A DNA stretch of 32,000 nt. It comes from Mesoplasma florum L1. GTDB lineage: Bacteria > Bacillota_I > Bacilli_A > Mycoplasmatales > Mycoplasmataceae. The DNA lies in the NCBI RefSeq assembly GCF_000008305.1, contig NC_006055.1, positions 60,001 to 92,000 on the forward strand, written 5' to 3'. Both the position numbers and the translations under genes were made by a program. A model generated the notes under the pieces. That model saw only the letters and a list, made by a program, of their open reading frames with translations, had not been told where the DNA came from and did no database searches. The number at the start of each line of letters is the position of its first letter. The first letter of the stretch is position 1. Shown one piece after another: positions 20,225-31,752 of this stretch.

Positions 20225-21157
20225 ATGAGTAAATTAACAATAAAAGAATTAGTAAATAAGTTTGATTTTGAGATCATTTCAGGAGCTGAACATATTGATA
20301 GTGAAATAACAGTTTATGGACTTAACCGTGCTGGATTAGAGTTAACAGGTTATTTCAATGAAAAAGAAGATAAGAAACATAAACGTGCAATTTTAATGTC
20401 TTCAAAAGAAAATAATTATATGTCTCAATTTTCTGATGAAGAAGCATATGAAAAATATAAAAACCTAATTAAAATGGGTTCTCCAGTAATAATAGTTACT
20501 CAAAAATTTACAGATGAAAGATTGAGTAAAATAGCAAAGGAATTTAACTTTCCGTTATTAAAAATTAATTACCCATCAACAAGTGAATTAACACAAAAAA
20601 TATTAGATATTTATGATTTATATTTTGCTCCTACAATAGAAGTGCATTCTACATTAATGAATATTTATGGAAAAGGAGTTCTTATCTTTGGACAATCAGG
20701 AATTGGTAAATCAGAAGTATCTCTAGAATTAATGAAAAAAAACCACTTGTTTGTTGGTGATGATAGAATAGTTATTTCAAATAGAAATAGTGAATTATTT
20801 GGTAAATCACATGCTCTTTTACAAAATTTAATTGAGGTTAGAGGAATTGGAATAATAGATATTTCAAAAGTTCAAGGACAACAATTAATAATGCCTGAGA
20901 CAAAGATACATATGGGTATTGAATTATTTAAATTTCAAGAAGGTGGAATTGACAATACTGATAGATTAGGCAATGAATGAACTCAAAAAGATTTCTTAGG
21001 ATTAAAAATACCTTACTTAAGAGTTCCTGTTAGTGCAGGACGAAACTTAGCAAATATTATAGAAGCCGCAGTTGGGCAATTAAAAGTTAACGAAAGTTCT
21101 GATGCTCAAGATATTATTGAATTATTAGCTAAAAGAAATAGTGAATTAGCAGAATAG
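20225..21157 (+). CDS. hprK: HPr kinase/phosphorylase (310 aa)
   Basis: Track ORF 20225..20980 extends through TGA at 20978-20980 to TAG at 21155-21157. Motifs GQSGIGKSE, VGDD and IEVRGIGII. There is a tataat box at 20196-20201 and SD aaggag. Confidence 0.93.
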
Positions 21158-21164
21158 AGGAAAA

Positions 21165-22763
21165 ATGTGACAACAATACCAAGATTTTTATAGATGAATA
21201 AATATATCTAATAAAACACCTGAAGACATGCGTCTTCTTTTTGGTCTTGTCCCAGCATATCCGGTATTCATGTTTTTAGGAATTTGTTTAGTCATATTAG
21301 TAACTGTAATACAAATGAATAAAAGAAAAATACCCTTAAGAGAATTAGAAATTGGTATCGTCATAGTTGTACCAATCGGTATAATTGGTGGAACTTTTTT
21401 CGGGAAAATATTTTTAAATAATTATCAGAGTTGATCAAATTTTTATAAGGTATTTTTCTTTTGACAACCAGGTATGTCATTTTTTGGCGCATTAGCGCTT
21501 GGATCTGCAGCAGGTTTTGGTTGATTTTATAAAAGAAGTAAAACAACTCAAATTTCAATGTGAGTTTATTTGGATTTGATATTAGTAAATATTCTTTTAG
21601 GTCACGCATTGGGTAGATGAGGAAACTTATATAACCAAGAAATCTTAGGTAATCCAGTAAGTTATGAAAGTATTTCTTGGATGCCTAGTTTTATTAAAAA
21701 TAGATTATTTTATTTTCCGCCATTAATAAACTTTACAAATGTTGCTGATGGAAGAAGCTTATACTCAGACCCAACTTGATGAGTTAGAATATTCGATTCT
21801 ACAGGACAACTAAACACAGCATATACTGATAACTTTACATACAATGGTCAGACATTAACTCAAGTTATGCTTGGTGAAATACAATATAGATCTCCATTAT
21901 TTTTAATTGAAGGTTTAGGTAATATAGTTTTATGAATGTTAATAACATTTGGTGTTAGAAACATCAATAGATTCTCAAACAAAGGAAATAATCCATGAAA
22001 ACTTTGTCCTGAAGCTTATCCATGCTTATGAAATCCAAAATTTAAAACGATATCAGAAGAAAAGTTAAAGGACTGATATACTTTAGCTCCAGTTAAATAT
22101 AGAAAAGTTAAAGTAAAAACTGAGAATGGTGAAACATTAGAATTAACAATGAGTTTAAGAAGTGTTTGGAATAAAGCATATTATTGAGTTGAACCAGATT
22201 ATGATGCTAACAAGAAATTGTATGCTGAAATTGAAGAATGAAAAAATGATTTATATAAAACTACTCTTAAATATCAAAATGATAAAAAACAATTAAAAGT
22301 TAAATTAGAAAAAATGAAATTAGAGTTTAATAAAAAGTATAAATTTACAAAACAAAGTTTACAAAATCAGTTAAAAGAAGACTATAAAAAGAACATAATT
22401 ATAGAAAAAGAAAAACTAGCAGAAAAAAAAGCAGAGATAACTAAAAATTTTACATTTGGTGAAAGATATTTAGGATTTAATCCATATGGAAAAGAATTAG
22501 AAAAAGCCAATAACCCTAATAATTTTATTGTTGCAAGAAGTGGAATAGCTTCTGGTAGTTACATATTGGGTTATGGTATACTAAGAACAATATTAGAAAC
22601 TCAAAGACAAGCTACAGAATATATGATTCCAAATCATGTGGTTGCCAATTTTTTAGTCTTAAGTTTAATAATATTAACAGGAATATTTATTATTTTTATG
22701 GCGCAATTTGTAATTCCATATAAATGAAGAGAAATAGGGTGATTATATGAAAAAACATATTAA
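21165..22763 (+). CDS. lgt: prolipoprotein diacylglyceryl transferase, long form (532 aa) with a large internal insertion
   Basis: I translated the single frame codon by codon from the ATG at 21165. It is open through more than 15 TGA codons to TAA at 22761-22763. It incorporates track ORFs 21228..21434 and 22314..22727. Lgt signature [14 protein letters not shown] (the Trp is TGA at 21618-21620), and C-terminal [19 protein letters not shown]. An alternative start is the ATG at 21228. It overlaps trxB by 17 nt. Confidence 0.8.
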
Positions 22764-23682
22764 TGAAAATTTAAAAGATATTTTAATCATTGGTGGTGGA
22801 CCTGCAGGTTTGACTGCTGGGGTTTACGCAGCAAGAGCTGGAATGAAAACAATCATTTTAGAAAAAGAAGCACCAGGTGGGAAAATGGTTAAAACTGACA
22901 CAATTGAAAACTACCCAGGCTTTGATAGTATAAAAGGACCAGACCTTGCATTAAAAATGTACATGCAAGTAATGAATCTTGGAGCTGAATTTGTATATGA
23001 TGAAGTTATTAAAATTGAAAAAATGGACAATTATTTTATTGTAACTACTTTAAACGGGCAAATAATTGAAGCTTTAAGTGTTATTGTTGCAACAGGTACG
23101 TTAGAAAATAAATTAGGTATACCAGGTGAAGATAATCTTTATGGAAAAGGTGTTAGTTATTGTGCTGTTTGTGATGGAGCATTCCATAAAGGAAATCCCG
23201 TTGCCATAGTTGGTGGAGGATACTCAGCTGTAGAAGAGGGCATATACTTAAGTAAATTTGTAAGTAAGTTATATGTTGTTGTAAGAAAAGATCATTTTAG
23301 AGTAGACCCTGTAACTTTATCTAAATTAGAACAACTTGAAAATGTTGAATTTCTAATGAATTCTGTTGTTAAAAAAGTTAATGGTATTGATAAAGTAGAA
23401 TCTGTTGAAATTGAAAATGTTATTACAAAAGAAATTAAAACTGTACCTGTTACTGGTTTATTTCCATATATAGGAGCAACTCCGGTAACTGAATTTTTAG
23501 AAAATCTTAATTTAGATAAAAATGAAGGTTACTTAACCGGAGACGCTAAATTAAAATCTAATATTAAAGGTTTATTCATAGCAGGAGATGTTAGGGATGT
23601 TCCTTTAAGACAAATAGCTATTGCTGCAGGAGATGGAGCATTAGCAGGCCAAATGGCAGTTAATTACGTACAAGAACTATAA
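22747..23682 (+). CDS. trxB: thioredoxin-disulfide reductase
   Basis: Intact 311-aa ORF. Motifs GGGPAG, redox-active [16 protein letters not shown] and GLFIAGDV. Confidence 0.95.
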   Translation: MKKHINENLKDILIIGGGPAGLTAGVYAARAGMKTIILEKEAPGGKMVKTDTIENYPGFDSIKGPDLALKMYMQVMNLGAEFVYDEVIKIEKMDNYFIVTTLNGQIIEALSVIVATGTLENKLGIPGEDNLYGKGVSYCAVCDGAFHKGNPVAIVGGGYSAVEEGIYLSKFVSKLYVVVRKDHFRVDPVTLSKLEQLENVEFLMNSVVKKVNGIDKVESVEIENVITKEIKTVPVTGLFPYIGATPVTEFLENLNLDKNEGYLTGDAKLKSNIKGLFIAGDVRDVPLRQIAIAAGDGALAGQMAVNYVQEL

Positions 23683-23710
23683 AGATATTTAAATGTAGAA
23701 AGGTGATCAT

Positions 23711-25105
23711 ATGAATATAAAAGATTTTAAGATAAATAAAATTTCGTTTGATTTTAAACGTGACAAATTAAAGTGAATTTCAATAGGATTATGAGCATCA
23801 CTTTTTATTGTTGTAATAGTTCTTTTTTCAGTTTTTTGAGCAACAAAAAACGTTAATTGAACGCAAGGTGACAGTTTTTCTGAACCTGTGCATTGAGGAG
23901 GAGTAGAAGCAACATATGGTGGTATAGGAATATACCCAATGGCTATGACTCTTGGTATGATTGTTGCTATATTATTCACATTGTATAAATTTTGAAAAAA
24001 AGGTTTAAATGTGACTGAGCTTTCAATTGGTATTGCAATTTGTATACCCATTTCACTTATGGGTGCTAGTTTTTTTGGTAAATTAAATGCTGATTCACCC
24101 GGAGTTAATGCTAATGGAGTTGGCTTTTGAGGTTTATTTGCTTTCTGAAATGCTGGTATGGCAATTCATGGTGGAGTTTATGGAGGATTACTTGCAGGAT
24201 TAATACTTTTCTATTTTGTTGGAAGAAAATCAAAAACTTCTATGTTAGTTTATGCAGATGCAATAGTACCAAATATTCTTTTAGGTCAAGCAATTGGAAG
24301 ATGAGGTAACTTTTTTAACCATGAAGTTATGGGCGCTCCTGTAGGAGTTGTAGCTAAATCAGGAACATGGGGAACTTTGTCTAATGTTAAGTGGGAAGAA
24401 GTCGGAAGTCATTATAAATTTTTACCAGATTGAATATCAAGAAATTTAATGGTTCAAGCTAAAACCGATGGAACCCTTTCAAATGGAGTTTCATTTAATC
24501 AAGGTGATTTAGTTCAATTATCTCCAATATTCCTTTATGAATCTTTAAGTTTATTAGCAGCTTGAGTAATAATTACTTTTATTATTCCTAATATAACTAA
24601 ATGAATAAGTAAAAAACCTTGAAAAGTTGAAACAGGTAAATATAATTACAGCTTGTCATTTTCAATTAAACAATGATTTATGCCTTGACAAAAATCAAGT
24701 GATCAAATTCAATCAGCTAGAGATATTTGAAACTTAGCTTATTTTAGAAATATTGATGAAGAAGCTAAACAAGAATATTTAAAAAGTTTAGAGTTGAATA
24801 GAACTAAATATTTAAAGCCTAAAGAAATAAATAAGGCAAATAAATTGAATGAATATGTTTCAACAAAAGCCGGAGTAGAATGTTTTGCATATTTCTTTGC
24901 ATGAAATTTTGTAAGATTTTTCCTAGAATTAAGTAGACCCGATGATCATTTATTTGTGATGTATGACAAACCATTATCATTATCACTGATATTAATATCT
25001 GCAATGATAGGTTTAATCGGAATGATTGCATCTCAATATTGAATACCAATATTATTCAGAAAAAATGGATACTTATACGAAAAAGAATATTTTTCAATAA
25101 ATTAA
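23711..25105 (+). CDS. lgt: prolipoprotein diacylglyceryl transferase, second paralog (464 aa)
   Basis: Invisible in the ORF track because about 20 in-frame TGAs break it up. I verified codon by codon that it is open from the ATG at 23711 (SD aaaggtga) to TAA at 25103-25105. Motifs AIHGGVYGG, IGRWGNFFNHEVMG (TGA at 24302-24304), SPIFLYES, and FAWNFVRFFLELSRPDD. Confidence 0.85.
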
Positions 25106-25126
25106 AATTAAGAGGGGAGTGAAATT

Positions 25127-26080
25127 ATGTCTTTTGCATTAACAGTTAAAGAAGAAGTTATTTCACACACCTTTGATGATAATTTAGGACAGGCTTTTTT
25201 AGCAGGCTTTATTAAATATAATGGAGACTTCATTTGGGGGTCAGGAACTGAAAAATTAAAACTAACATCAATTAGCAATAAAATAGCAAGAAGTATTTTT
25301 GGTCTTTGCAAAAAAATGTTTGATGGTCATATTGAAATTTCTGTTTCTCAAACTCAAACACTTAAACAAAATAAAACTTATCAAATAACTTTGATAGGTA
25401 AGATATCAGAGTTTTTAAGAGAATTAAATATTTGAAATGAAAATAATACTAAGATAGTTGAATTTAAACCATTAAAGCAAGAAAAAAATAAAGATGAATT
25501 AATTAAATTAAAACGTGCTTATATGGCAGGAGTCTTTGTTTCTGTTGGTTCAGTTAATTCTCCAGAAACTACTAATTATCATCTTGAACTACAATTTAAA
25601 GATGAAGAATCAGCTTTATATATAATAAAATTAATGAATAAGTATGGTTTTGATTTTAAAATTCTAAAAAGAAATGACAAGTTATTTATTTGTTATATCA
25701 AAAAAGCTATTATGGTTTCAGATTTTTTGAAGTTTATTGATGCATATCAAGCAGTAATGAATTTTGAAAATGAAAGAATTATGCGTGATGTTTCAAATAA
25801 CGTAAATAGAGTTAATAATATTGATATATCAAATGAAAAGAAAACATTATCTGCTGGTCTAAAACAAATAGATCAAATAAGTAAAATTCAAGCCAATTTA
25901 GCAACAAAAAGGCTTTCTGAAAAAGCTGCTTATCTTTGTGATTTGAGAATTCAAAATCCAAATGCGTCTTATGCTGATCTAACAGAACTAATGAATGAAT
26001 TTGGCTATGAAATAACTAAATCAGGTGTAAGCAATTTGTTTAAAATAATCGAAAAACTTAGCTTAGAATTTAATAACTAA
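25127..26080 (+). CDS. whiA: DNA-binding protein WhiA (317 aa)
   Basis: Track ORFs 25127..25435 and 25523..26080 share a frame, joined via TGA at 25433-25435. The N-terminus MSFALTVKEEV...FLAGFIKYNG and the MAGVFVSVGSVNSPE..YHLEL pattern are LAGLIDADG-like, and there is a C-terminal HTH (YADLTELMNEFGYEITKSGVSNLF). SD agagggga. Confidence 0.9.
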
Positions 26081-26139
26081 CATTGGACAAACGGACTTTT
26101 TTAATGTTTAATTAAAATAGGAAAAAAGGCGGAAGGAAA

Positions 26140-26376
26140 ATGAAAAAATATGAAAATGAAAATGAGTTGCTTTTATTAGTAGCTTCAAATTTAAAAAGAA
26201 TTAGACAAAATAAAAAATTAAGCCAAGAAGAACTTGGTTTCAGATGTGGTATTTCAAAAAATTATGTTTCAGACTTTGAAAGAGGAAAAAGGAATATAAC
26301 AATAAAAGTCTTTCAAAAAATTGTTGAAGGTCTTGGAGTACAACCAGAAGAACTGTTAAAAACCCACTCTAAATAG
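26140..26376 (+). CDS. small XRE-family helix-turn-helix transcriptional regulator (78 aa)
   Basis: Intact ORF. LKRIRQNKKLSQEELGFRCGISKNYVSDFERGKRNITIKVFQKIVEGLGV is a canonical HTH_3 (Cro/C1-type) pattern. SD ggaagg. Confidence 0.8.
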   Translation: MKKYENENELLLLVASNLKRIRQNKKLSQEELGFRCGISKNYVSDFERGKRNITIKVFQKIVEGLGVQPEELLKTHSK

Positions 26377-26390
26377 TGGGTTTTATAGTA
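26359..26390 (+). terminator. rho-independent terminator after the XRE gene
   Basis: 10-bp stem aaaacccact (26359-26368) pairing with agtgggtttt (26375-26384), loop ctaaat. The stop codon lies inside the hairpin. Confidence 0.75.
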
Positions 26391-26447
26391 TTCAAATTTA
26401 AAATATAGTATTATTAAATATAATAAAACTGAAATGGAGATAAATTT

Positions 26448-26714
26448 ATGAGTTCAGCAACAGCACAAATTGTAATTTTAGTTATTGAAATAATTGCAAT
26501 GATAGCGTCTATTATTATGATTTTAATTGGTATATTTCAAAACAAAAACTCACAAAGTGGTTTAAGTGCATTAAATGGTGGGAATGATGAATTATTTTCA
26601 AATTCAAAAGAACGTGGTTTAGATAAAACATTATCTACATGAATGATGTCATTAGGTATTATATTCTTTATAGTTGCATTAGCAGCTTGCATATTAACAA
26701 ATATTTATCTTTAA
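26448..26714 (+). CDS. secG: preprotein translocase subunit SecG (88 aa)
   Basis: Track ORF 26448..26642 continues through TGA at 26640-26642 to TAA at 26712-26714. Two TM helices flank the loop QNKNSQSGLSALNGGNDELFSNSKERGLDKTL, which is the typical SecG layout. There is a tataat box at 26419-26424. Confidence 0.85.
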
Positions 26715-26738
26715 TATTTTTTCTTAGAAGGAGTCAAA

Positions 26739-29700
26739 ATGAAGCTTCGATTAATTCTTAAACAATCATGAAAAGATTATAAGAACAAAAGTATTCTTTA
26801 CTTTGTTTTCATAATCTTTTTAACAATTATTTTAGGAGTTATAATTGGTATCTTGTCATTTACAACTTTTGCTGAATTGAATATGAAAGAAGCCCACCTA
26901 TCTAGATATGGTGGTCAAATATATGTAAAAAATAATCTTATTAGCAAAAACTATCTTGAAAATAATAATCATTTAACAAATAGAAGTATAGTTGACGCAG
27001 AAGGAAAACTGAATGAGTATATTTATAAAAATCTTGAAGTAACCACTAAAAAAACTCTTGGAGAAGAATATGAAGAAATCATAAACAGTTATATTGATAT
27101 TCTTGGACAATATTTTCAAGGTAATATTAAAACTTTCAAATATTCAGCATCGGGTGCTAAAGAAGATGGTTTAAAAAAACTTGGTATATCTAAATACGAC
27201 TTAAATATAATTGATCAAATAAATGAAGATTTGTATAAAAACTTGCCTTTAATTTCAGGTGAGTTATTTATGCTTTATATTTATGACAATTTAAAAGATA
27301 AATATTCTTTTTGATCTCATCCTATTGAATGACATCTTAAAGATCAATTAAATAATGATTTGACATTATCACTTAATCCAAATTACAGAGACAATTTTGT
27401 AAATGAAGAAGAATTTAATAAGTATTCTGATTTTACTGAGAATGAAGCTAGTAATTTTAAAATTTATAATGAAAAACCTACATCAGAATTTTCGTTAGAA
27501 GATAGAGAAAAAATTTATAATGGTCAATTTGTTTATGTAACGCCAAGATATCTTGAATTAAATAATTTTAAAATAGGGGACACAATAAGTATTTTCTATG
27601 AAGAAAAAATGTATCCTTTTTTAATAAAAGGTACAATAATTACACCTTATTTAACAGCAATGAATTATGACCAAGGTAAAATGACAACAGGTGTTCAAGG
27701 TTATTACTACTTGAAAGGCAAAAATAAAAAATTAAGTAACGGTGAAAAAGATCTTAGGCTTGATAGCCAAAGACTTAGTTATTCAATTTTAAACAAAGAT
27801 ATTTATGATGTAAATGCATACATAAACAATTTCATGAATGATGGTTTTAATTATTCAGATGAGCTTGATCAAAATGGAAATCTAAAAGCAAACTATTTAA
27901 GTACTCTTTGAGATGAACCATATAAGACAGATATTTACAGTGTTACTTACAAAGTTCTTTCTATGATATTATTAGTTGTTATAATAGGCCTACTTTCAGT
28001 TGTTTTTATTGTTTTCTATTTTATGTGTGAAAATTTTTCAAAATTAAATAAAGAAACTTTTTACAATTTAAAGGCTTCTGGTTGTGGAAATTTAACGTTA
28101 ACATTGATTTCTACAATATCTGCGGTTATACCAATTCTCTTGTCTTTTGTGCTTTCACTATTTATAGCTGTTCCGATTAGTCAAATGTTTTCTTTCTCTG
28201 TAGCAACATCGTATTCTTTTGTCTGACCTAGGATAATGATTACATGAAACCTTATTATTTATACTCTGTTAGTTGTTGTTGGTATATTTGGTATATTCTT
28301 GATAAATAATTATATTGTTATAAGCGGGAAAAAATCTAAGATAAATAGATTTAAAGAAACAAAGAAACCTTCAAAATTTATTATAAGCGTAAAAAAACTG
28401 ATAGCACCCTTACCAAGCAAAACAAGAATAGGGTTAACATTTGCGCTTTCTAATATAGCAAAAAATATTTATTGTTTCATAATATTATCATTGGTCTTTT
28501 CAGTAATTTTATTTACATTCCAGTTTAATACTTCTGTCAATAACTCTGCCAATTCAATGGTTAGTTTTGCTTATCCTGATGTATCCATTAAATATCAAAG
28601 TAATTCTTGAGATTTTAAAACTAATTATAGTAAAGAAAATGGTGAAATAAAAGTAACTTATGATTTTTCAACAGGGCAAATAACAGACTATAAAGATTTA
28701 GATAAACTAATTAAAGTATTTGATTATGACAGCTTAGTTGGTATGATAATAAATACATCTTTTTACCCTGAATTAGGATTGACACAAAATGATGTATCAA
28801 ATTATATGATAACTGGTGATTTTATTTGAAACTTTGCTTCATCAATTCATTCACAAAATGAACTTCAAGAAAATATACTTAATCCTTTAAAATTGGCTAT
28901 ATATTGAAACCCTTCAATAGATGCATCAATAAAAGATAAATCAATTGAATGATTATCAGACTCAAATAATGAAAATATTATTTGAGAGTATTATAAAATT
29001 TTTCAAGATAGAGTTATTAGTTTAAAAACTGATCTTGATAGTCTTAATATTGAAGAAGAAGATACATTTCCAATTAATTTACTTTTTGGAAAAACAGTGA
29101 TAATACCAGGAACAAAAAACTATTGAAGCTCAGGTGTTAAATTTTCAAATATATCAGATGGAAACACTTGAGGTTATGCAACATCTGTTGCAGCAAGTAA
29201 AAAACAAATTCAAAATAATATACAAATAGGTATGTATGATTCTACAAACTCATTAGGTGATACTATAACAACTGTAACAATGGCAAATGGTACACAGGCT
29301 GCTGCTTTAAAAGTTGATGTAGCAAAACCCTTGGCAGATAAATATGGTATGAAACCAGGTCACACTATGTTGATGAGTGTTGAATCATTAAAGACTGACG
29401 AAATATCTGAAGTTAGAATACCAATATATATATCAGGAATAAGAAAAGATGATCTTATAACAAACAATGTTTATTTTGAAAAAACAGATTACTTTAAAGT
29501 ATTAAATGAAACAATTAAAAATAGAGCTGAAGTTTTTGATAATCCTACAAACTTTCAAACTAAAAATTCTGAATGAGAAAGCTATGAAAACTTAATAGAA
29601 GAAATTATAGAAAAATCAGAATCAAATAATCCTATTGAAAATCAAATTTTGAATAATTCACAATTTTCAAAAGAAGACATACCAGTAAATTTAAGATACT

Positions 29701-30299
29701 TAACTTTACCAAAAATTTCAAATAAAGTATTAGTAAAATCAAATTCTGAGTCAAGTAGAACTGATTTACTAAGTTATTGAGATGACATAGATTCATCAAG
29801 TCAATTTTGAAATTCTAAAAATGGTAAATATCTAAATTCATTATCACAAGATGTTTGAAATTATAGATTAATAAAAGAAGCTATATTAGCAAAAGCTGCA
29901 CCATTCCAAAACATTATGAGAACACTCGATCAAGCATTAGTTGGGATGGTATTATCAATATCATTAGTTTTAATATCATTAATACTTTTTGAAAATAAAA
30001 ATACTATTATTTTATTTAAGTCATTGGGATATAAAACAAGAGAAATAAATAAATATTTAGTTACAGGTTATTTAATTGCAGCTATTGGTGCGCTTATAGT
30101 CGCATTAGTAATAAATAACTTTACAATTGGATATTTATCACCAATTATATATGAAACGGCTGGTATCTCACTAATATATGTTCTAAGTTTTTCATATGTA
30201 CTATATGGTATTATTTTGTCATCAACGTTCATATTATTAATACTAACCTCTATCAAAATATATACAAAACGACAAAATCCAAAAGAAATAATTAAATAA
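26739..30299 (+). CDS. large duplicated FtsX/MacB-type ABC-transporter permease-like membrane protein (1186 aa)
   Basis: ATG at 26739 with SD aaggag. Six track ORFs (26853, 27360, 27963, 28299, 29232, 29916) are all in the same frame, and I checked codon by codon that every gap is open (about 17 in-frame TGAs). The topology pattern is TM1, an extracytoplasmic domain of about 370 aa, and 3 TM helices, and this pattern occurs twice. Confidence 0.85.
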
Positions 30300-30314
30300 A
30301 AAAGGAGATTGAAT

Positions 30315-31661
30315 ATGATTCAAATAAATGAAACTAAAAATACAATTAAAATAGTTGGAGTTAAAGATAACTCAAAAAATACTTTTATAAAAAATAAAGT
30401 TGGAGTACCAACTTTAATATCTGAAGATAAAACAATTTATATTGTTTTCAAAAAAGACGAAGAAACTTTTACAGAACAAATTAAAAAAGGAATAGAAGCA
30501 ACAATATCAAATTTTGATTTTGATGTAGATATTGACATTGATTCTTTTGAAAATGTTTGTGATGGAATTAGTAAAGAAGAAATTATTAAAACAGTTTATG
30601 AAACAATATCTTTTTCAACACATAAAGGTTTATCAATTGAAAAAGTAGAAAAAGAAACAAAATATAATTTAATTTTTACTGGTAAACATCAGGAATTAAT
30701 AAATCAATTAACTATTGTTTGTGAATATATCAATTATGCTAGAGATTTACAAGACACACCTCCAAATATTGGAACAAGTGAATACTATGCTGACAAACTT
30801 GTAAGTGATGCAAAAGATATAAAAGGTTTAAAGGTTACTATTTTGGGTAGAAAAGAAGCAACTAAATTAAACATGGGCTTATTTTTAGGAGTTAATGCTG
30901 GATCAGCTCATGAACCAAGAATTGTTGTGATGGAATATTGTGGAGATTCTTCAAAACCAAAAACAGGTTTAGTTGGAAAAGGAATTTGTTTTGACTCTGG
31001 GGGATATAATTTAAAACCATCAAATTATATGGAAGGTATGAAATTTGATATGTCTGGAGCAGCGGTTGTATTATCTGCAACTATGGCTTTAGCCAAAGCA
31101 AAAGCAAAAGCAAATATTGTTGCAGTAGGTATGTTCACTGATAATAAAATTGGACAGAATGCTACATTACCTGATTCTGTAATTGAATCAATGAGTGGTA
31201 AAAAAGTATTGATATTTGATACTGATGCAGAAGGTCGACTTGTTTTAGCCGATGGAATTAGTTATGTTGTTAAAGAAAAGCAAGTAGATCAAATAATTGA
31301 TGCTTCAACTTTAACAGGAACAGTTTTATTTGCTTTAGGTCATAATGCAACTGGAGCATTTTCTCATTCTGATAAAATGATAAATGAATTGAATGAAGCT
31401 TCACAAAAATCTGGTGAAAGATTTTGAAGATTACCAATTTTCAAAGAACATTTAAAACAAGTAAAAAAAGATGCTGCACCTTTAGCAGATTTAACTAATG
31501 CATGTAGAGTTAGATATGAAGATTGTTCATATGCAGCAGCCTTCTTGAATGAGTTTGCAGAAAATAAACCTTTCTTGCACTTAGATATAGCTGGTACAGC
31601 TGATAAAGAAAATAAAGGTCAAGGTGTTTTGGTTAAAACGTTATTTGAAATGTTGAAATAA
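30315..31661 (+). CDS. pepA: leucyl (M17) aminopeptidase (448 aa)
   Basis: The ATG at 30315 sits 7 nt after SD aaggag; the track's TTG at 30309 is less likely. TGA at 31425-31427 is read as Trp, extending the ORF to TAA at 31659-31661. M17 motifs VGKGICFDSGGYNLKP, DMSGAA, DTDAEGRLVLAD and LDIAGTA. Confidence 0.93.
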
Positions 31662-31685
31662 AGTGGAATTCCACTTTTTTCTTTT
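31660..31685 (+). terminator. rho-independent terminator after pepA copy 1
   Basis: aaagtgg (31660-31666), loop aatt, ccacttt (31671-31677), followed by a T-run. Confidence 0.8.
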
Positions 31686-31724
31686 ATTAAGTACTTATTG
31701 TTTTAGGTATTAAGTGCTATAATT

Positions 31725-31733
31725 TTTTTAAAT
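31725..31733 (+). promoter_or_regulatory. extended -10 promoter element TGcTATAAT for pepA copy 2
   Basis: tgctataat at 31725-31733, 20 nt upstream of the ATG at 31753. Confidence 0.45.
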
Positions 31734-31752
31734 AGAAAGATGGTATATATTT

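Noticed and set aside
23707-24051. Track ORF of 114 aa on the minus strand, together with 24127..24309 (+) and 24819..25049 (-)
   Set aside because: All three overlap the verified code-4 reading frame of lgt copy 2 (23711-25105), either antisense or out of frame. They appear only because the true frame is hidden by TGA codons.
24290-24310. Apparent frameshift in lgt copy 2 around the GRWGN motif
   Set aside because: This was a coordinate mis-count on my first pass. Codon-by-codon re-indexing from 23711 shows the motif is in the same frame as the start codon, and the gene is intact.
30309-30314. TTG start proposed by the track for pepA (MNMIQINE...)
   Set aside because: The SD aaggag (30302-30307) would sit only 1 nt from the TTG, whereas it is 7 nt from the ATG at 30315. 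The ATG was preferred.
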